Shown here one piece after another: positions 1 through 9,278 of a DNA stretch of 64,000 nucleotides. Position numbers and translations under genes: made by a program. Source of the DNA: Eubacteriales bacterium (GTDB lineage: Bacteria; Bacillota; Clostridia; Christensenellales; CALWSW01). Under the pieces are notes generated by a model. It was not told where the DNA came from, made no database searches, and saw only the letters and a program-made list of their open reading frames with translations. Position 1 is the first letter of the stretch, and each line of letters begins with the position of its first letter. Location of the stretch: NCBI GenBank assembly GCA_031553675.1, contig JAVBLF010000016.1, forward strand, positions 11,324-75,323. Reading direction: 5' to 3'.

Positions 1-2
1 TC

Positions 3-587
3 ATGACGGCGCAAGTCATTCCGCGCCTGATCGACGAATTCAACGCCGCCGACAAAGAAGCCGAACAAGCGCGCATGCTCGAAGAGCTGGCCGAACGCCA
101 GGCGACCCAGCGCTCCTCCAAGCGCGATTCGATCGACAACGGCATCGTCGTCAAGGGCGAAAGCGGCATGCTCGTGCGCATTGCCCGCTGCTGTACGCCT
201 CTGCCCGGCGACCCGATCGTCGGCTACATCACGCGGGGCCGCGGCGTGTCGGTGCACCGCGCCGATTGCAGCAACATCCAAAACCTTTCGGACGGTGCGG
301 TGCGCCTGATCGACGTCGAGTGGGCGACCTCCGGCGCCAAGAGCGGCAAGTTTTCGGCGCAAATCAAGCTGGACGCCCTCGAGCGACCCGGCCTGATGAT
401 GGACGTATCGCGGCTTTTCATGAGCATGAACATCAACCTGTCGGGCATCAACGCCAAAACCGACAAGGAAATGATCTCCCACTTTACCCTCGAGTTCGAC
501 GTGCGCGACAGCGAGCACCTCGATCACGTCATTCGCCAACTCGCCTCGATCCGCGGGGTTCTGGGGGTTTCGAGGGTTCACGCCTAG
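3..587 (+). CDS. relA: RelA/SpoT-family (p)ppGpp synthetase/hydrolase, C-terminal portion (5' end lies outside the window)
   Basis: The ORF is open to the window edge. It contains GYITRGRGVSVHRADCSN and a C-terminal ACT-like segment typical of RelA/SpoT. The conserved relA-dtd neighbourhood follows. Confidence 0.85.
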   Translation: MTAQVIPRLIDEFNAADKEAEQARMLEELAERQATQRSSKRDSIDNGIVVKGESGMLVRIARCCTPLPGDPIVGYITRGRGVSVHRADCSNIQNLSDGAVRLIDVEWATSGAKSGKFSAQIKLDALERPGLMMDVSRLFMSMNINLSGINAKTDKEMISHFTLEFDVRDSEHLDHVIRQLASIRGVLGVSRVHA

Positions 588-712
588 GAGACGGGAACGC
601 GCTTTTTTGAAAAAAAGCTGCGCAAAAAACTTCATACCCGATCCCTTTCGCGCCTCACTCCGTTCGCGCGAATCGAGTGTTTTCGGGGATGAAATGGGGG
701 AGGACATTCGCT

Positions 713-1162
713 TTGAGGGCGGTTTTGCAACGCGTCACATCCGCGTCGGTCGCGGTGGATCAGGAGATCGTTGGGAAGATCGAAAAGGGGCTTTTGGTCT
801 TGCTGGGCGTCGAGTCGGGCGATACAGATGCCGATCTCGATTACGTCGTCGAGAAGTTGGCTGTGCTGCGCATTTTCGAGGACGACGGCGGCAAGATGAA
901 CCGTTCCGTACAGGATGTCGGGGGCGGCATACTTCTGGTGTCGCAGTTTACGCTCTGCGCCGACGTTCGCAAGGGGAGGCGGCCGGGTTTCGATCAGGCG
1001 GCGCGTCCAGAAGAAGCGGAAAGCCAATATCGGGCTTGTGCGGACAAACTACGCGCCAGAGGGATACCGATCGAGATGGGTGTGTTCGGCGCGGACATGG
1101 CGGTCGCGCTCGTGAACGACGGTCCGGTGACGATCATTTTGGACAGCCGAAAGCGGATATAG
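713..1162 (+). CDS. dtd: D-aminoacyl-tRNA deacylase
   Basis: Lies in ORF 677..1162. Hallmark segments are [15 protein letters not shown] and NDGPVT. An in-frame TTG at 713, 9 nt after GGGAGG, gives the canonical MRAVLQRV N-terminus and about 149 aa. The start choice is inferred. Confidence 0.85.
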   Translation: MRAVLQRVTSASVAVDQEIVGKIEKGLLVLLGVESGDTDADLDYVVEKLAVLRIFEDDGGKMNRSVQDVGGGILLVSQFTLCADVRKGRRPGFDQAARPEEAESQYRACADKLRARGIPIEMGVFGADMAVALVNDGPVTIILDSRKRI

Positions 1163-1171
1163 GGATACGAT

Positions 1172-1852
1172 ATGCAGACTTGGACATCGAATGGCACCGT
1201 CGTAGAGCGCGTCGTGTGTTATGCCTACGGCATGGGGAACAACAGTTATTTGCTCTACCAAGAGGGGCAGGGAAGCTGCATCGTCGTCGATCCCGCCGGA
1301 ACGGGCGAGGAATTGCTCGCCGCGCTGGCAGAGAAGGACCTGACGCCGGTCTGGATCTTGCTTACGCATGGCCACTTCGACCACATCCGCGGCATATCTG
1401 CCTTGGAAGAGAGATTCGGTGTGATTCCGATCGCGGTTCACGAAGGCGATGCCGCCATGCTGACCAATGCCAGACAGAACATGAGCTTGCCTTTCACGGG
1501 GCATGGGCTGGTTTTGCACGAGGCAGAGCGCCTTTTGAGCGACGGCGAAGCGTTCGAAGCCGTGGGCGTAACGCTGCGCGTGCTGCACACGCCGGGGCAC
1601 AGCGAGGGAAGCGTTTGCTTTCTCGTAGGCGACCTTCTGCTGACCGGCGACACGCTGTTTCGCCTCGGTGCGGGCCGCAGCGACATGCCCGGCGGCGACG
1701 TGCAGGCGCTGATCCGCTCGCTCGGCATGCTCTTCGCGTTGCCGGGGGAGTACGTCGTCTTGCCCGGGCACGAGAAAGAAAGCCAACTCTCGTTCGAACG
1801 GACGCAAAATACCTTTATGAAGTACTACGCGCCACAACTGCTGCGTGAATGA
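1172..1852 (+). CDS. MBL-fold metallo-hydrolase (hydroxyacylglutathione-hydrolase-like)
   Basis: Contains the LLTHGHFDHIRG metal-binding motif (HxHxDH) and a later HTPGHSEGS motif. Confidence 0.75.
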   Translation: MQTWTSNGTVVERVVCYAYGMGNNSYLLYQEGQGSCIVVDPAGTGEELLAALAEKDLTPVWILLTHGHFDHIRGISALEERFGVIPIAVHEGDAAMLTNARQNMSLPFTGHGLVLHEAERLLSDGEAFEAVGVTLRVLHTPGHSEGSVCFLVGDLLLTGDTLFRLGAGRSDMPGGDVQALIRSLGMLFALPGEYVVLPGHEKESQLSFERTQNTFMKYYAPQLLRE

Positions 1853-1861
1853 GGGCGAAGC

Positions 1862-3460
1862 GTGCGAAATATTTTCCTCAAAAGTGATTTCCCCGGCTTG
1901 TTCAACGAGATCGGCGAAGTCATACGAAGTCTGGCGGGTGCCTGTGAGATCGTCGCGCAGGAAGACGCGTCCGGCAACGAAGTCCTGTCCGAAGCCGACG
2001 TTTCGACGTCAGATATGTCAGAGTCCGGCGTTTCGACGTCGGGTGTGTCAGAGTCCGACGTTTCGACGTCGGGTGTGTCAGAGTCCGATGTTTCGGCCTC
2101 GACCTCGATCGGCGAGGGGGAGGCCGTTTTGCTGTGCAAGCGGGAGGGGCAAGGAATCGCGGCTCGTTTCCAACCATGGGGTGGAAGCGAAACTGTTTCC
2201 GTTCGCACGATCCCAGTCGGACGCGATGCGCTGGAATCTAAGCGCTTTTTAATCCGTGCCGGCAAGCGTGCGGTGTTCGAGGCACTTCGTCCGCACTTCG
2301 ACACGCCGACGCCCTGGGGCTGTCTGACCGGCATCCGTCCGACTAAACTGGCGCGCGAATCTGTGCGCAAAGAAGGGGAGGAAGCTGCCCGCAAGCGTTT
2401 TGCCGAAGAGTTTCTCGTCGCGCCGGACAAGATCGATCTCGCTTTTTCGATCGTCAGGCGGCAAGAAAGTCTGCTCGCGTCGATTCGCGCCAAGGACTTC
2501 GACCTTTACGTCGGCATCCCCTTTTGCCCGACGCGCTGCCATTACTGCTCTTTCGCCTCCTATCCGATCGGGAAGGGCGCGCGTGTGGAGGCGTATCTCG
2601 AAGCCCTCCAGCGCGAGGTTCGCGCCAACCTGCTGATCGCACAGCGCGAGGGCTGGCGGGTGCGAAGCGTATACATCGGCGGGGGGACGCCGACGGCGCT
2701 GCGTTGCGACCAATTGGAAGGGCTGCTAGAACATGTCCTCGAAGGGGCAGGGGGCTACGGGCTGGAATTCACCGTCGAAGCGGGGCGGCCGGACAGCATC
2801 GACGCGGACAAACTGCGCGCATTGAAGGTTTTGGGTGTGACTCGTCTGAGCGTCAACCCACAGACCATGAACGCCGTGACCCTCGAACGCATGGGGCGCG
2901 CGCACACGCCGGAGCAGGTCGTCGAGAGCGTATGGCTTGCGCGATCCTTGGGGTATACTTGTCTCAACATGGATCTGATCGTCGGCTTGCCGGGCGAAAA
3001 CGAGGCGATGGTCGAGCGGACATTGGAAGAAATCCAAAAGCTCGCGCCTGAAAACTTGACCGTTCACACACTTGCAATCAAGCGATCGTCGAAGCTGAAA
3101 GAGCAGCTCGATGAAACGCCCTTGCCGAACGCCGAAACGGCTGCGCGCATGGTTGCGCTGTCGCGGGACATGGCCGACAGAATGGGGCTGAAGCCTTACT
3201 ACATGTACCGACAGAAGTACATGAGCGGCAACCTGGAAAACGTGGGCTACGCCTCGTCGGGCATGGAATCGGTCTACAACGTCGACATCATGGAAGAAAC
3301 CGTGCCCATCCTCGCGCTGGGGGCAGGCGCGATCAGCAAATGGAATTTCGAGGGCGGGCGGATCGAGCGCGTCGTCAACCCCAAAGACATCGACACATAC
3401 ATCGCGAAAATCGATGCCCAGACAGAATGCCGAGCGCAACTTATGCGTCGCGATTCGTGA
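1862..3460 (+). CDS. Radical SAM HemN/HemZ-family (coproporphyrinogen-dehydrogenase-like) protein with a repeat-containing N-terminal extension
   Basis: GTG start follows GAGGG. The CxxxCxxC cluster motif appears in GIPFCPTRCHYCSF, and the C-terminal region is HemN-like. Confidence 0.75.
   Translation: MRNIFLKSDFPGLFNEIGEVIRSLAGACEIVAQEDASGNEVLSEADVSTSDMSESGVSTSGVSESDVSTSGVSESDVSASTSIGEGEAVLLCKREGQGIAARFQPWGGSETVSVRTIPVGRDALESKRFLIRAGKRAVFEALRPHFDTPTPWGCLTGIRPTKLARESVRKEGEEAARKRFAEEFLVAPDKIDLAFSIVRRQESLLASIRAKDFDLYVGIPFCPTRCHYCSFASYPIGKGARVEAYLEALQREVRANLLIAQREGWRVRSVYIGGGTPTALRCDQLEGLLEHVLEGAGGYGLEFTVEAGRPDSIDADKLRALKVLGVTRLSVNPQTMNAVTLERMGRAHTPEQVVESVWLARSLGYTCLNMDLIVGLPGENEAMVERTLEEIQKLAPENLTVHTLAIKRSSKLKEQLDETPLPNAETAARMVALSRDMADRMGLKPYYMYRQKYMSGNLENVGYASSGMESVYNVDIMEETVPILALGAGAISKWNFEGGRIERVVNPKDIDTYIAKIDAQTECRAQLMRRDS
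2000..2100 (+). repeat. In-frame 30-bp tandem repeat (about 3.3 copies) inside the radical SAM gene
   Basis: Units of gtttcgacgtcgggtgtgtcagagtccgac start at about 2000, 2030 and 2060, with a partial unit at 2090. They encode 10-aa repeats (VSTSGVSESD). Confidence 0.85.
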
Positions 3461-3466
3461 TTCAAA

Positions 3467-3505
3467 AATTCATGTATGCAAACGCATATCACGGATATAT
3501 GAATT
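3467..3505. promoter_or_regulatory. Nested imperfect palindrome (candidate operator or RNA hairpin) upstream of the lipoprotein gene
   Basis: Outer arms are aattcatgtat and atatatgaatt with one mismatch. The inner palindrome is tatgc-aaac-gcata. It lies in an AT-rich spacer just before a TTACAG-16-TATAAT-like promoter. Confidence 0.3.
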
Positions 3506-3625
3506 GCATTCACCTACTTTACAGCATCTTGCCGATAAGCTATAATGATTGAGGTGTTTGCATCTCATATTACGCGCATTGGACTTGATGTAAATATCGG
3601 AATTTTTTAGGATCATGGAGGAAGA

Positions 3626-3979
3626 ATGATGAAATTGCGGAGACCCTTGGCCCTCGTGATGGCCATCCTGATCTGCCTGTCGATGCTGGCGGGTTGCGGT
3701 GCCAACACCAAAAAGGACTACGAAGCGTGGCTGACCAAGACGACGGAAGAAATGAATGCGCTGGCGCAAAAGGGCGCTGATGTGATGGCAGCCCAGGATC
3801 CTGCGGTGGCGACCACGTACTACGACGAAGCCATCACTTCGTTTGACAAATGGATCAAAGAAGCGGGCGAGATCAAAGTTCCGAGCGATATGCAACAGGA
3901 TCACCAGACGCTCGTCGATGCGCTGACGACACAGAAAAGCACGCTCGATCAACTGAAAAACTTGATTCCCGCGCAATAA
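3626..3979 (+). CDS. Small lipoprotein of unknown function
   Basis: Signal peptide with lipobox: MMKLRRPLALVMAILICLSMLAGC. A GGAGGA RBS lies upstream. Confidence 0.7.
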   Translation: MMKLRRPLALVMAILICLSMLAGCGANTKKDYEAWLTKTTEEMNALAQKGADVMAAQDPAVATTYYDEAITSFDKWIKEAGEIKVPSDMQQDHQTLVDALTTQKSTLDQLKNLIPAQ

Positions 3980-3980
3980 G

Positions 3981-4120
3981 GCACCCCGCTAGCACCCCAT
4001 AAATCTTCGATTTGTGGGCACCCCGCTAGCACCCCATAAATCTTCGATTTGTGGGGGCCCCGCTCGTACCCCATAAATCTTCGATTTGTGGGGGCCCCGC
4101 TCGCACCCCGAAAATGTGCC
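3981..4120. repeat. 37-bp direct tandem repeat, 3 full copies plus 1 partial, each unit containing an 11-bp stem hairpin
   Basis: Units are at 3981-4017 and 4018-4054 (identical), 4055-4091 (diverged) and 4092-4120 (partial). The hairpin is ccccataaatc-ttc-gatttgtgggg. There are no spacers between units. Confidence 0.9.
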
Positions 4121-4145
4121 CCCCGTCGCAAGGAACGCGTAACAT

Positions 4146-4178
4146 CGAAAAGCCCGCCATGATCTTGGCGGGCTTTTC
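4146..4178. terminator. Bidirectional intrinsic terminator between convergent genes
   Basis: Stem gaaaagcccgcc / ggcgggcttttc, with A/T runs on both sides. Confidence 0.8.
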
Positions 4179-4264
4179 GGCGCCCCGCGAATGGGAATTC
4201 GCGGGAGGCAAAAGTTCTTTTGGTACTTTTCTTTCAAGAAAAGTACAGAAAACCCCAAGCGACA

Positions 4265-5203
4265 CTACTTGACGATCTTCGTCCCCGTCTCTCCACGGAG
4301 GGCCCCGGCGGCCTGGTCGAGGGAGGTGATGATCGCTTCTCCTGCGGGGTTGCCTTCGACGAAGGCGATGCAGGCTTCGACCTTGGGCAGCATGCTGCCG
4401 GGCGCGAAGTGCTTCTCGCCGATGTACTGGCGGGCTTCGGCGACGGTCATGCGCTCGAGGGCTTTTTGATCGGGTGTGTTAAAATGGATGCAAACGCGAT
4501 CGACGGCGGTGAGCACCATGAGGACGTCGGCCTTGAGGTCCTGCGCGAGGCGGGAGCAAGACTTGTCCTTGTCGATGACGGCGTCGATGCCCTTGAGCTT
4601 GCCGTCTTCGCGAACGACCGGAATGCCGCCGCCGCCGACGGTGATCGCGATCGAACCGTGGCTGCTCAACAGGTTGACGGCGTCAAGCTCGACGATCTCC
4701 TGGGGCTGGGGCGAGGGCACGACGCGGCGGTAACCACGTCCGGCGTCCTCGACGAAAGTGAAGCCGGTTTCGGCGACGATCGCGTCGGCTTCTTCTTTCG
4801 TGTAAAAGCGACCGATCGGTTTGCTGGGCTTCTCGAAAGCGGGGTCGGCCGAATCGACGACGACTTGGGTGACGACGCAGATCGCCTTGGCATCGATGCC
4901 CTTTTCACGCAAGCTTTGCCCCAATGCCTGCTGGAGGTGATAACCGATGTAACCCTGCGACATGGCGCCGCACTCGGCCAGGGGCATGACGGGCGTCTTC
5001 GGGCCGTTCGACGAGGCGTGATCCATCGCGAGCTTGATCATGCCGACCTGGGGGCCGTTGCCGTGGCCGACGACGATGTCGTTGCCGTCGGCAGCGAGTG
5101 TCGCGATGATGTCAGCGGCTTTTTTGACAGCCGCAAGTTGCTCCTGCGGGGTGTCGCCCAGCGCGTTTCCGCCCAACGCGACGACGATCTTTTTGCGATT
5201 CAA
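4265..5203 (-). CDS. arcC: Carbamate kinase
   Basis: N-terminus MNRKKIVVALGGNALG, with carbamate kinase-like sequence along the whole length. It is the last gene of the arcA-arcB-arcC series. Confidence 0.9.
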   Translation of the reverse strand: MNRKKIVVALGGNALGDTPQEQLAAVKKAADIIATLAADGNDIVVGHGNGPQVGMIKLAMDHASSNGPKTPVMPLAECGAMSQGYIGYHLQQALGQSLREKGIDAKAICVVTQVVVDSADPAFEKPSKPIGRFYTKEEADAIVAETGFTFVEDAGRGYRRVVPSPQPQEIVELDAVNLLSSHGSIAITVGGGGIPVVREDGKLKGIDAVIDKDKSCSRLAQDLKADVLMVLTAVDRVCIHFNTPDQKALERMTVAEARQYIGEKHFAPGSMLPKVEACIAFVEGNPAGEAIITSLDQAAGALRGETGTKIVK

Positions 5204-5218
5204 AGCGTTCTTCCTCCG

Positions 5219-6211
5219 TTACGAGAGCGTAGCGTAAATGACGGCCTTGATGGTGTGCATGCGGTTTTCGGCCTGGTCGAAGGCGAGGGATTGCTTCGAC
5301 TCAAACACTTCGTCGCTGACTTCCATCTCGGTAACGCCGAACTTCTTGGCGATGTCGGCACCGGTCGTCGTCTTGGTGTCGTGGAAGGCGGGCAGGCAGT
5401 GCAGGAAAATGGCGTCGGGCGCGCAATTCTGCATCGCGGCGGCGTTGACTTGGTAGGGGCTGAGCTGGGCGATGCGGCGTTCCCAGACTTCTTCCGGCTC
5501 GCCCATGGAGACCCAGACGTCGGTGTAGACGACGTGAGCGCCGGTCGTGCCTTCTTTGACGTCGTCGGTCAGCGTGATCGTGCAGTTGTTTTCCGCGGCG
5601 ATCGCGCGGCAGGTCGCGACGAGTTCTTCGTTCGGGAAAAGCTCTTTCGGGGCGCAAGCCGTGAAGTTGAGGCCCATTTTTGCGCAGGCGACCATGAGGG
5701 AGTTGCCGACGTTGTTGCGGGCGTCGCCCATGAAAGTGAAGTTGATGCCTTTGAGATAGCCGAAATGCTCTTCGACCGTCAAGAGGTCGGCTAACATCTG
5801 GGTGGGGTGGAATTCGTCGGTCAGGCCGTTCCAGACCGGCACACCGGCGTAGGCAGCTAGCGTCTCGACGAGTTCCTGGCTGTAACCGCGGTATTCGATA
5901 CCGTCGTACATGCGTCCGAGTACGCGGGCGGTATCGGGAATGCTTTCCTTTTTGCCCATCTGGGAGCTGCCGGGATCGAGGTATGTCACACCGCAGCCGA
6001 GGTCGTTGCCCGCGACTTCGAAGGCGCAGCGGGTGCGGGTGGAGGTTTTTTCAAACAAAAGGACGATGTTTTTTCCGGTCAGGTATTTGTGCGGCGTGCC
6101 GGCGCGCTTGAGATCTTTGAAGTTGCGCGACAGGTTGAGGAGATAACGGATCTCGGCCGGGGAGAAATCGAGCAGCTTCAGGAAGTGTCTTCCGCGCAAA
6201 TTGAGGGCCAT
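5219..6211 (-). CDS. arcB: Ornithine carbamoyltransferase (catabolic context)
   Basis: Contains the STRTR, HPTQ and HCLP motifs. I chose the [11 protein letters not shown] start at 6211, preceded by AAAGGAG. The ORF-track start at 6277 is probably too far upstream. Confidence 0.9.
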   Translation of the reverse strand: MALNLRGRHFLKLLDFSPAEIRYLLNLSRNFKDLKRAGTPHKYLTGKNIVLLFEKTSTRTRCAFEVAGNDLGCGVTYLDPGSSQMGKKESIPDTARVLGRMYDGIEYRGYSQELVETLAAYAGVPVWNGLTDEFHPTQMLADLLTVEEHFGYLKGINFTFMGDARNNVGNSLMVACAKMGLNFTACAPKELFPNEELVATCRAIAAENNCTITLTDDVKEGTTGAHVVYTDVWVSMGEPEEVWERRIAQLSPYQVNAAAMQNCAPDAIFLHCLPAFHDTKTTTGADIAKKFGVTEMEVSDEVFESKQSLAFDQAENRMHTIKAVIYATLS

Positions 6212-6240
6212 TTGAATCAAACTCCTTTTCTGTTGTTCGT

Positions 6241-7467
6241 TTATGGTTCTTCCCGGACGAGCGGCATGCTCATGCACCGTGGACCGCCGCGGCCCCGAGA
6301 GAGCTCAGAGCTGGGAATCTGGAGCACCGTGATGCCGCTGTCGGCGAGGATGCGGTTCGTGATGTTGTTGCGATCGTACACGACGACGACGCCAGGGGCG
6401 ATGCAAAGCGTGTTGGCGCCGTCGTTCCACTGCTCGCGCAAGGACGCGACGTGATCCATGCCGCCGCAGCGGATCAGCGTGACTTTCTCGCAGGCGAGCG
6501 CTTCGGCAAGCGTATTCTGGACGCTGTGGCGCGACTTCGTCACGGTGAATGCGCCACTGCCGTCGGCCTTCTTCAGGACGTAGATCGATGCGGCGTCGAG
6601 GATGCCGGGGTGGATGGTGAACGTCGCGCGGTCAATCTGGGTAAAGACCGTGTCGAGGTGCATGTAGGCGCGGATGTTCGGGATGTCGATGGCGAGTATG
6701 TTATCGACTTTCGAACGCCCTTCAATGAAGAGGTTTCGCGCGATGAGCTCGATCGCCTCGGGCGTCGTGCGCTGGGAGATGCCGATGGCCAATACATGCT
6801 CGTTGAGGTTGAGGATGTCGCCGCCCTCGATGCTAAACGCGTCGCCGCAATCGTAGTAAAACGGCACACGCCCGCGATAATCGGGGTGGTGGTTCAGCAG
6901 ATAGCGCCCGTAGAGCGTCTCACGGTTGCGGGTGATCGAAAACATCCGGTTCAAACTCACGCCCTCGCCGATCGTCGCGAAGGGGTCGCGCGTGAAGTAG
7001 AGGTTGGGAATGGGGTCTGTGATGAAGCCCAGCTTGTGGTGGAGGGCTTTGACCAAGGGTCCAGACAGGCTGCTTTCGACTTCGGATAGGCCGATGCCCG
7101 ACATCGTTTTGTCGACAATCTGCTTTTCGTCGCCCAGATCCAGCAGGATACGCTCGATCTCTTTGCGGTAATGCAGCGCGACGGGGCCCGATTCGCGGAT
7201 AAAATCGCCGATGAAACGCTGCTTGATCGATTCGTTCTGCGCGATCGTCTCGGCGACCAGGTCTTCGAGATAGACGACTTCGGCACCGTTCTCGCGAAGC
7301 ACGTTGGCAAAGTGATCGTGTTCGCGCTGCGCCGCGTCGAGGTAGGGGATGTCGTCGAACAGGAGCTGGTCGAGCAGCTCCGGCACGAGCTGTTCCAGTT
7401 CGTGCCCGGGTCGGTGCAAGAGCACCTTTTTCAGTTGGCCGATTTCGTTCGTCACGCGGATCGTCAT
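6241..7467 (-). CDS. arcA: Arginine deiminase
   Basis: [22 protein letters not shown]-terminus and a C-terminal [10 protein letters not shown] motif carrying the catalytic Cys. The start at 7467 follows AAGGAG. Confidence 0.9.
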   Translation of the reverse strand: MTIRVTNEIGQLKKVLLHRPGHELEQLVPELLDQLLFDDIPYLDAAQREHDHFANVLRENGAEVVYLEDLVAETIAQNESIKQRFIGDFIRESGPVALHYRKEIERILLDLGDEKQIVDKTMSGIGLSEVESSLSGPLVKALHHKLGFITDPIPNLYFTRDPFATIGEGVSLNRMFSITRNRETLYGRYLLNHHPDYRGRVPFYYDCGDAFSIEGGDILNLNEHVLAIGISQRTTPEAIELIARNLFIEGRSKVDNILAIDIPNIRAYMHLDTVFTQIDRATFTIHPGILDAASIYVLKKADGSGAFTVTKSRHSVQNTLAEALACEKVTLIRCGGMDHVASLREQWNDGANTLCIAPGVVVVYDRNNITNRILADSGITVLQIPSSELSRGRGGPRCMSMPLVREEP

Positions 7468-7794
7468 CGAAAAACTCCTTCGCGTTGCGGATGGTGGCAA
7501 GACTCGATGCTAACAGTTTGCACTGAATTTGCTTTCGATGCCGGACATTGGACATGGTTCTTTTTGTATTATACGGTAAGGAAATCCTCGGAGAAACGGA
7601 TATAAGCCCGCAGCGTCCTTGCAAACGATACGTCAGCAAATCGGCGAAACAGGAAATATATCTGCGATCAACGCATAAATACTCAGATGAGCCGCGCAAG
7701 TCACCCGCGCCAAAAACTTGACAGCCGCAGGATTTCCATGTAATTTTGAAGTAAAATGGTGAACCAGCTGCGATGAAAGAAAGGGGTTTCGCGC

Positions 7795-9048
7795 ATGGCA
7801 GAGCTCATTCAAATGCAACCCCCCAACTATTCGGACCTCGATCAGGGAAAATTGTGCCGTTTCGACCTCGAAGCGATCGATGCGCCCACCTCGCCCTTGA
7901 TCCACCAGGCGGCGCGCTTCATCTTCATCAACGCCGGCGAAGGCGTGCTGCGCGTGCAGAACGTCGATTATCCCTTACAGCCCGGCAGCTTCGTGTCGAT
8001 CCTCCCCTGGCAGATCACGCAGGTCACCGAGGTTTCCAAGCCGCTGCAATACTTCATCCTCGTCTACCGCTACGACACGATTGTGCAGGCCATCCGAGGC
8101 TACTCCCACGTCGACGACAGTCCCTTCGACATCGCCCAGAAGATGTCGGAAAATCCCGTTTTGGCCTGCAACAAGGAAGAAGCCGAGCGCATTCGGAGCA
8201 TCTTGCTTTCGATCCGCGACGAAGTCGGCATCGAGTCGTCCCGCCATGAGATCGAACCCCAAGCCCTCAGCGGCATTTACGTCGCGAATGCCCTCGTCGA
8301 GATGATCGTGCTGCACACGCGCATCGGCCTCGGCGGCGGTGGCACGGCCAAAACGAAAAAGCCCATCGACCGCAGCGAGATCCTGCGATACATGTATAAC
8401 CATCTGGGCGAAAAACTGACGCTGAAAATGCTGTCCCAGATCTTTTATATGAGCGAGTCGTCCATTTCGCAATACATCACGCAGATGACCGGCTTGTCGT
8501 TCTTCGACTTGCTCAACGAGATGCGCGTCGGCAAGACGATCAACTTCCTGCTCTACACCGACCTGACGCTCGAAGAATTGGCCGAAATTCTCGGCTACGT
8601 CGACGCGTCGCACATCTCGAAGGTCTTCGCCGCACGCGTCGGCATGAAGGCCAACGAATACCGAAAAACCTACCAGCGGGTCAGCGGCATCTGCAAGGTC
8701 AAGGAAAGCAAAAAAGCATACGCTATCGTCGATTACCTTTTCAACAACTACGCCGAACCCTTGTCGCCGCAAAAGCTGGCCGATCAGTTCGGCATTGGTG
8801 TGCAGGAGCTCCACCGCGTCTTGCTTTACCAAACTGGAAAAAACTTCGAGGACTTCCTGAACTACATCCGCGTCAACCGCGCGAGCGAGCTATTGCTCAC
8901 GACCGACAAGAGCATCGTCGACATCGCGATCGAGGTCGGCTACAACACCTCGAAGACGCTCACGCGCAATTTCTTGAAGCTCCGCGTCATGACGCCCAAC
9001 GACTTTCGCAAACACGTGAAATTGCAGCCGAGCGAGTTTCTGAAGTGA
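7795..9048 (+). CDS. AraC-family transcriptional regulator with a cupin-like N-terminal domain and two tandem AraC-type DNA-binding modules
   Basis: Two separate roughly 100-aa AraC HTH regions are present. One runs about aa 195-295 (ILRYMYNHLGEKLTLKMLS...ANEYRK). The other runs about aa 305-410 (IVDYLFNNYAEPLSPQKLA...PNDFRK). Confidence 0.75.
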   Translation: MAELIQMQPPNYSDLDQGKLCRFDLEAIDAPTSPLIHQAARFIFINAGEGVLRVQNVDYPLQPGSFVSILPWQITQVTEVSKPLQYFILVYRYDTIVQAIRGYSHVDDSPFDIAQKMSENPVLACNKEEAERIRSILLSIRDEVGIESSRHEIEPQALSGIYVANALVEMIVLHTRIGLGGGGTAKTKKPIDRSEILRYMYNHLGEKLTLKMLSQIFYMSESSISQYITQMTGLSFFDLLNEMRVGKTINFLLYTDLTLEELAEILGYVDASHISKVFAARVGMKANEYRKTYQRVSGICKVKESKKAYAIVDYLFNNYAEPLSPQKLADQFGIGVQELHRVLLYQTGKNFEDFLNYIRVNRASELLLTTDKSIVDIAIEVGYNTSKTLTRNFLKLRVMTPNDFRKHVKLQPSEFLK

Positions 9049-9095
9049 CACAGCATCCCGCCCTTTGTAGAGGGCCTCATTCGCAGAAAAACCGC

Positions 9096-9126
9096 GGCGC
9101 GCTGGAGACCCAGCGGCGCCTTTTTT
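9096..9126 (+). terminator. Intrinsic terminator after the AraC-family gene
   Basis: GC-rich stem ggcgcgctgg / ccagcggcgcc with a 1-nt bulge, followed by tttttt. Confidence 0.6.
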
Positions 9127-9278
9127 GCGAGCCTCGCGCCGAATTGCGCGGATAAAAACATTCATCCGTTAAAATACGACGAAAGGCAGATTTTGTGTCC
9201 GACAGAAAAATGCCCTTCGGTGATACACTACGATCAGATACCCAGAATGATGGACGATGAACTAAGGAGGCGCAGATC

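Noticed and set aside
607-1848. 413-aa plus-strand ORF spanning dtd and the MBL hydrolase
   Set aside because: It is out of frame with two well-supported genes. Its product is extremely Arg/Gly-rich with no motifs, so it is a frame artefact.
3981-4120. Possible CRISPR array suggested by the 37-bp repeat length
   Set aside because: The units abut directly with no spacers. There are only 3.7 copies, no leader and no cas genes in the window. It is a plain tandem repeat.
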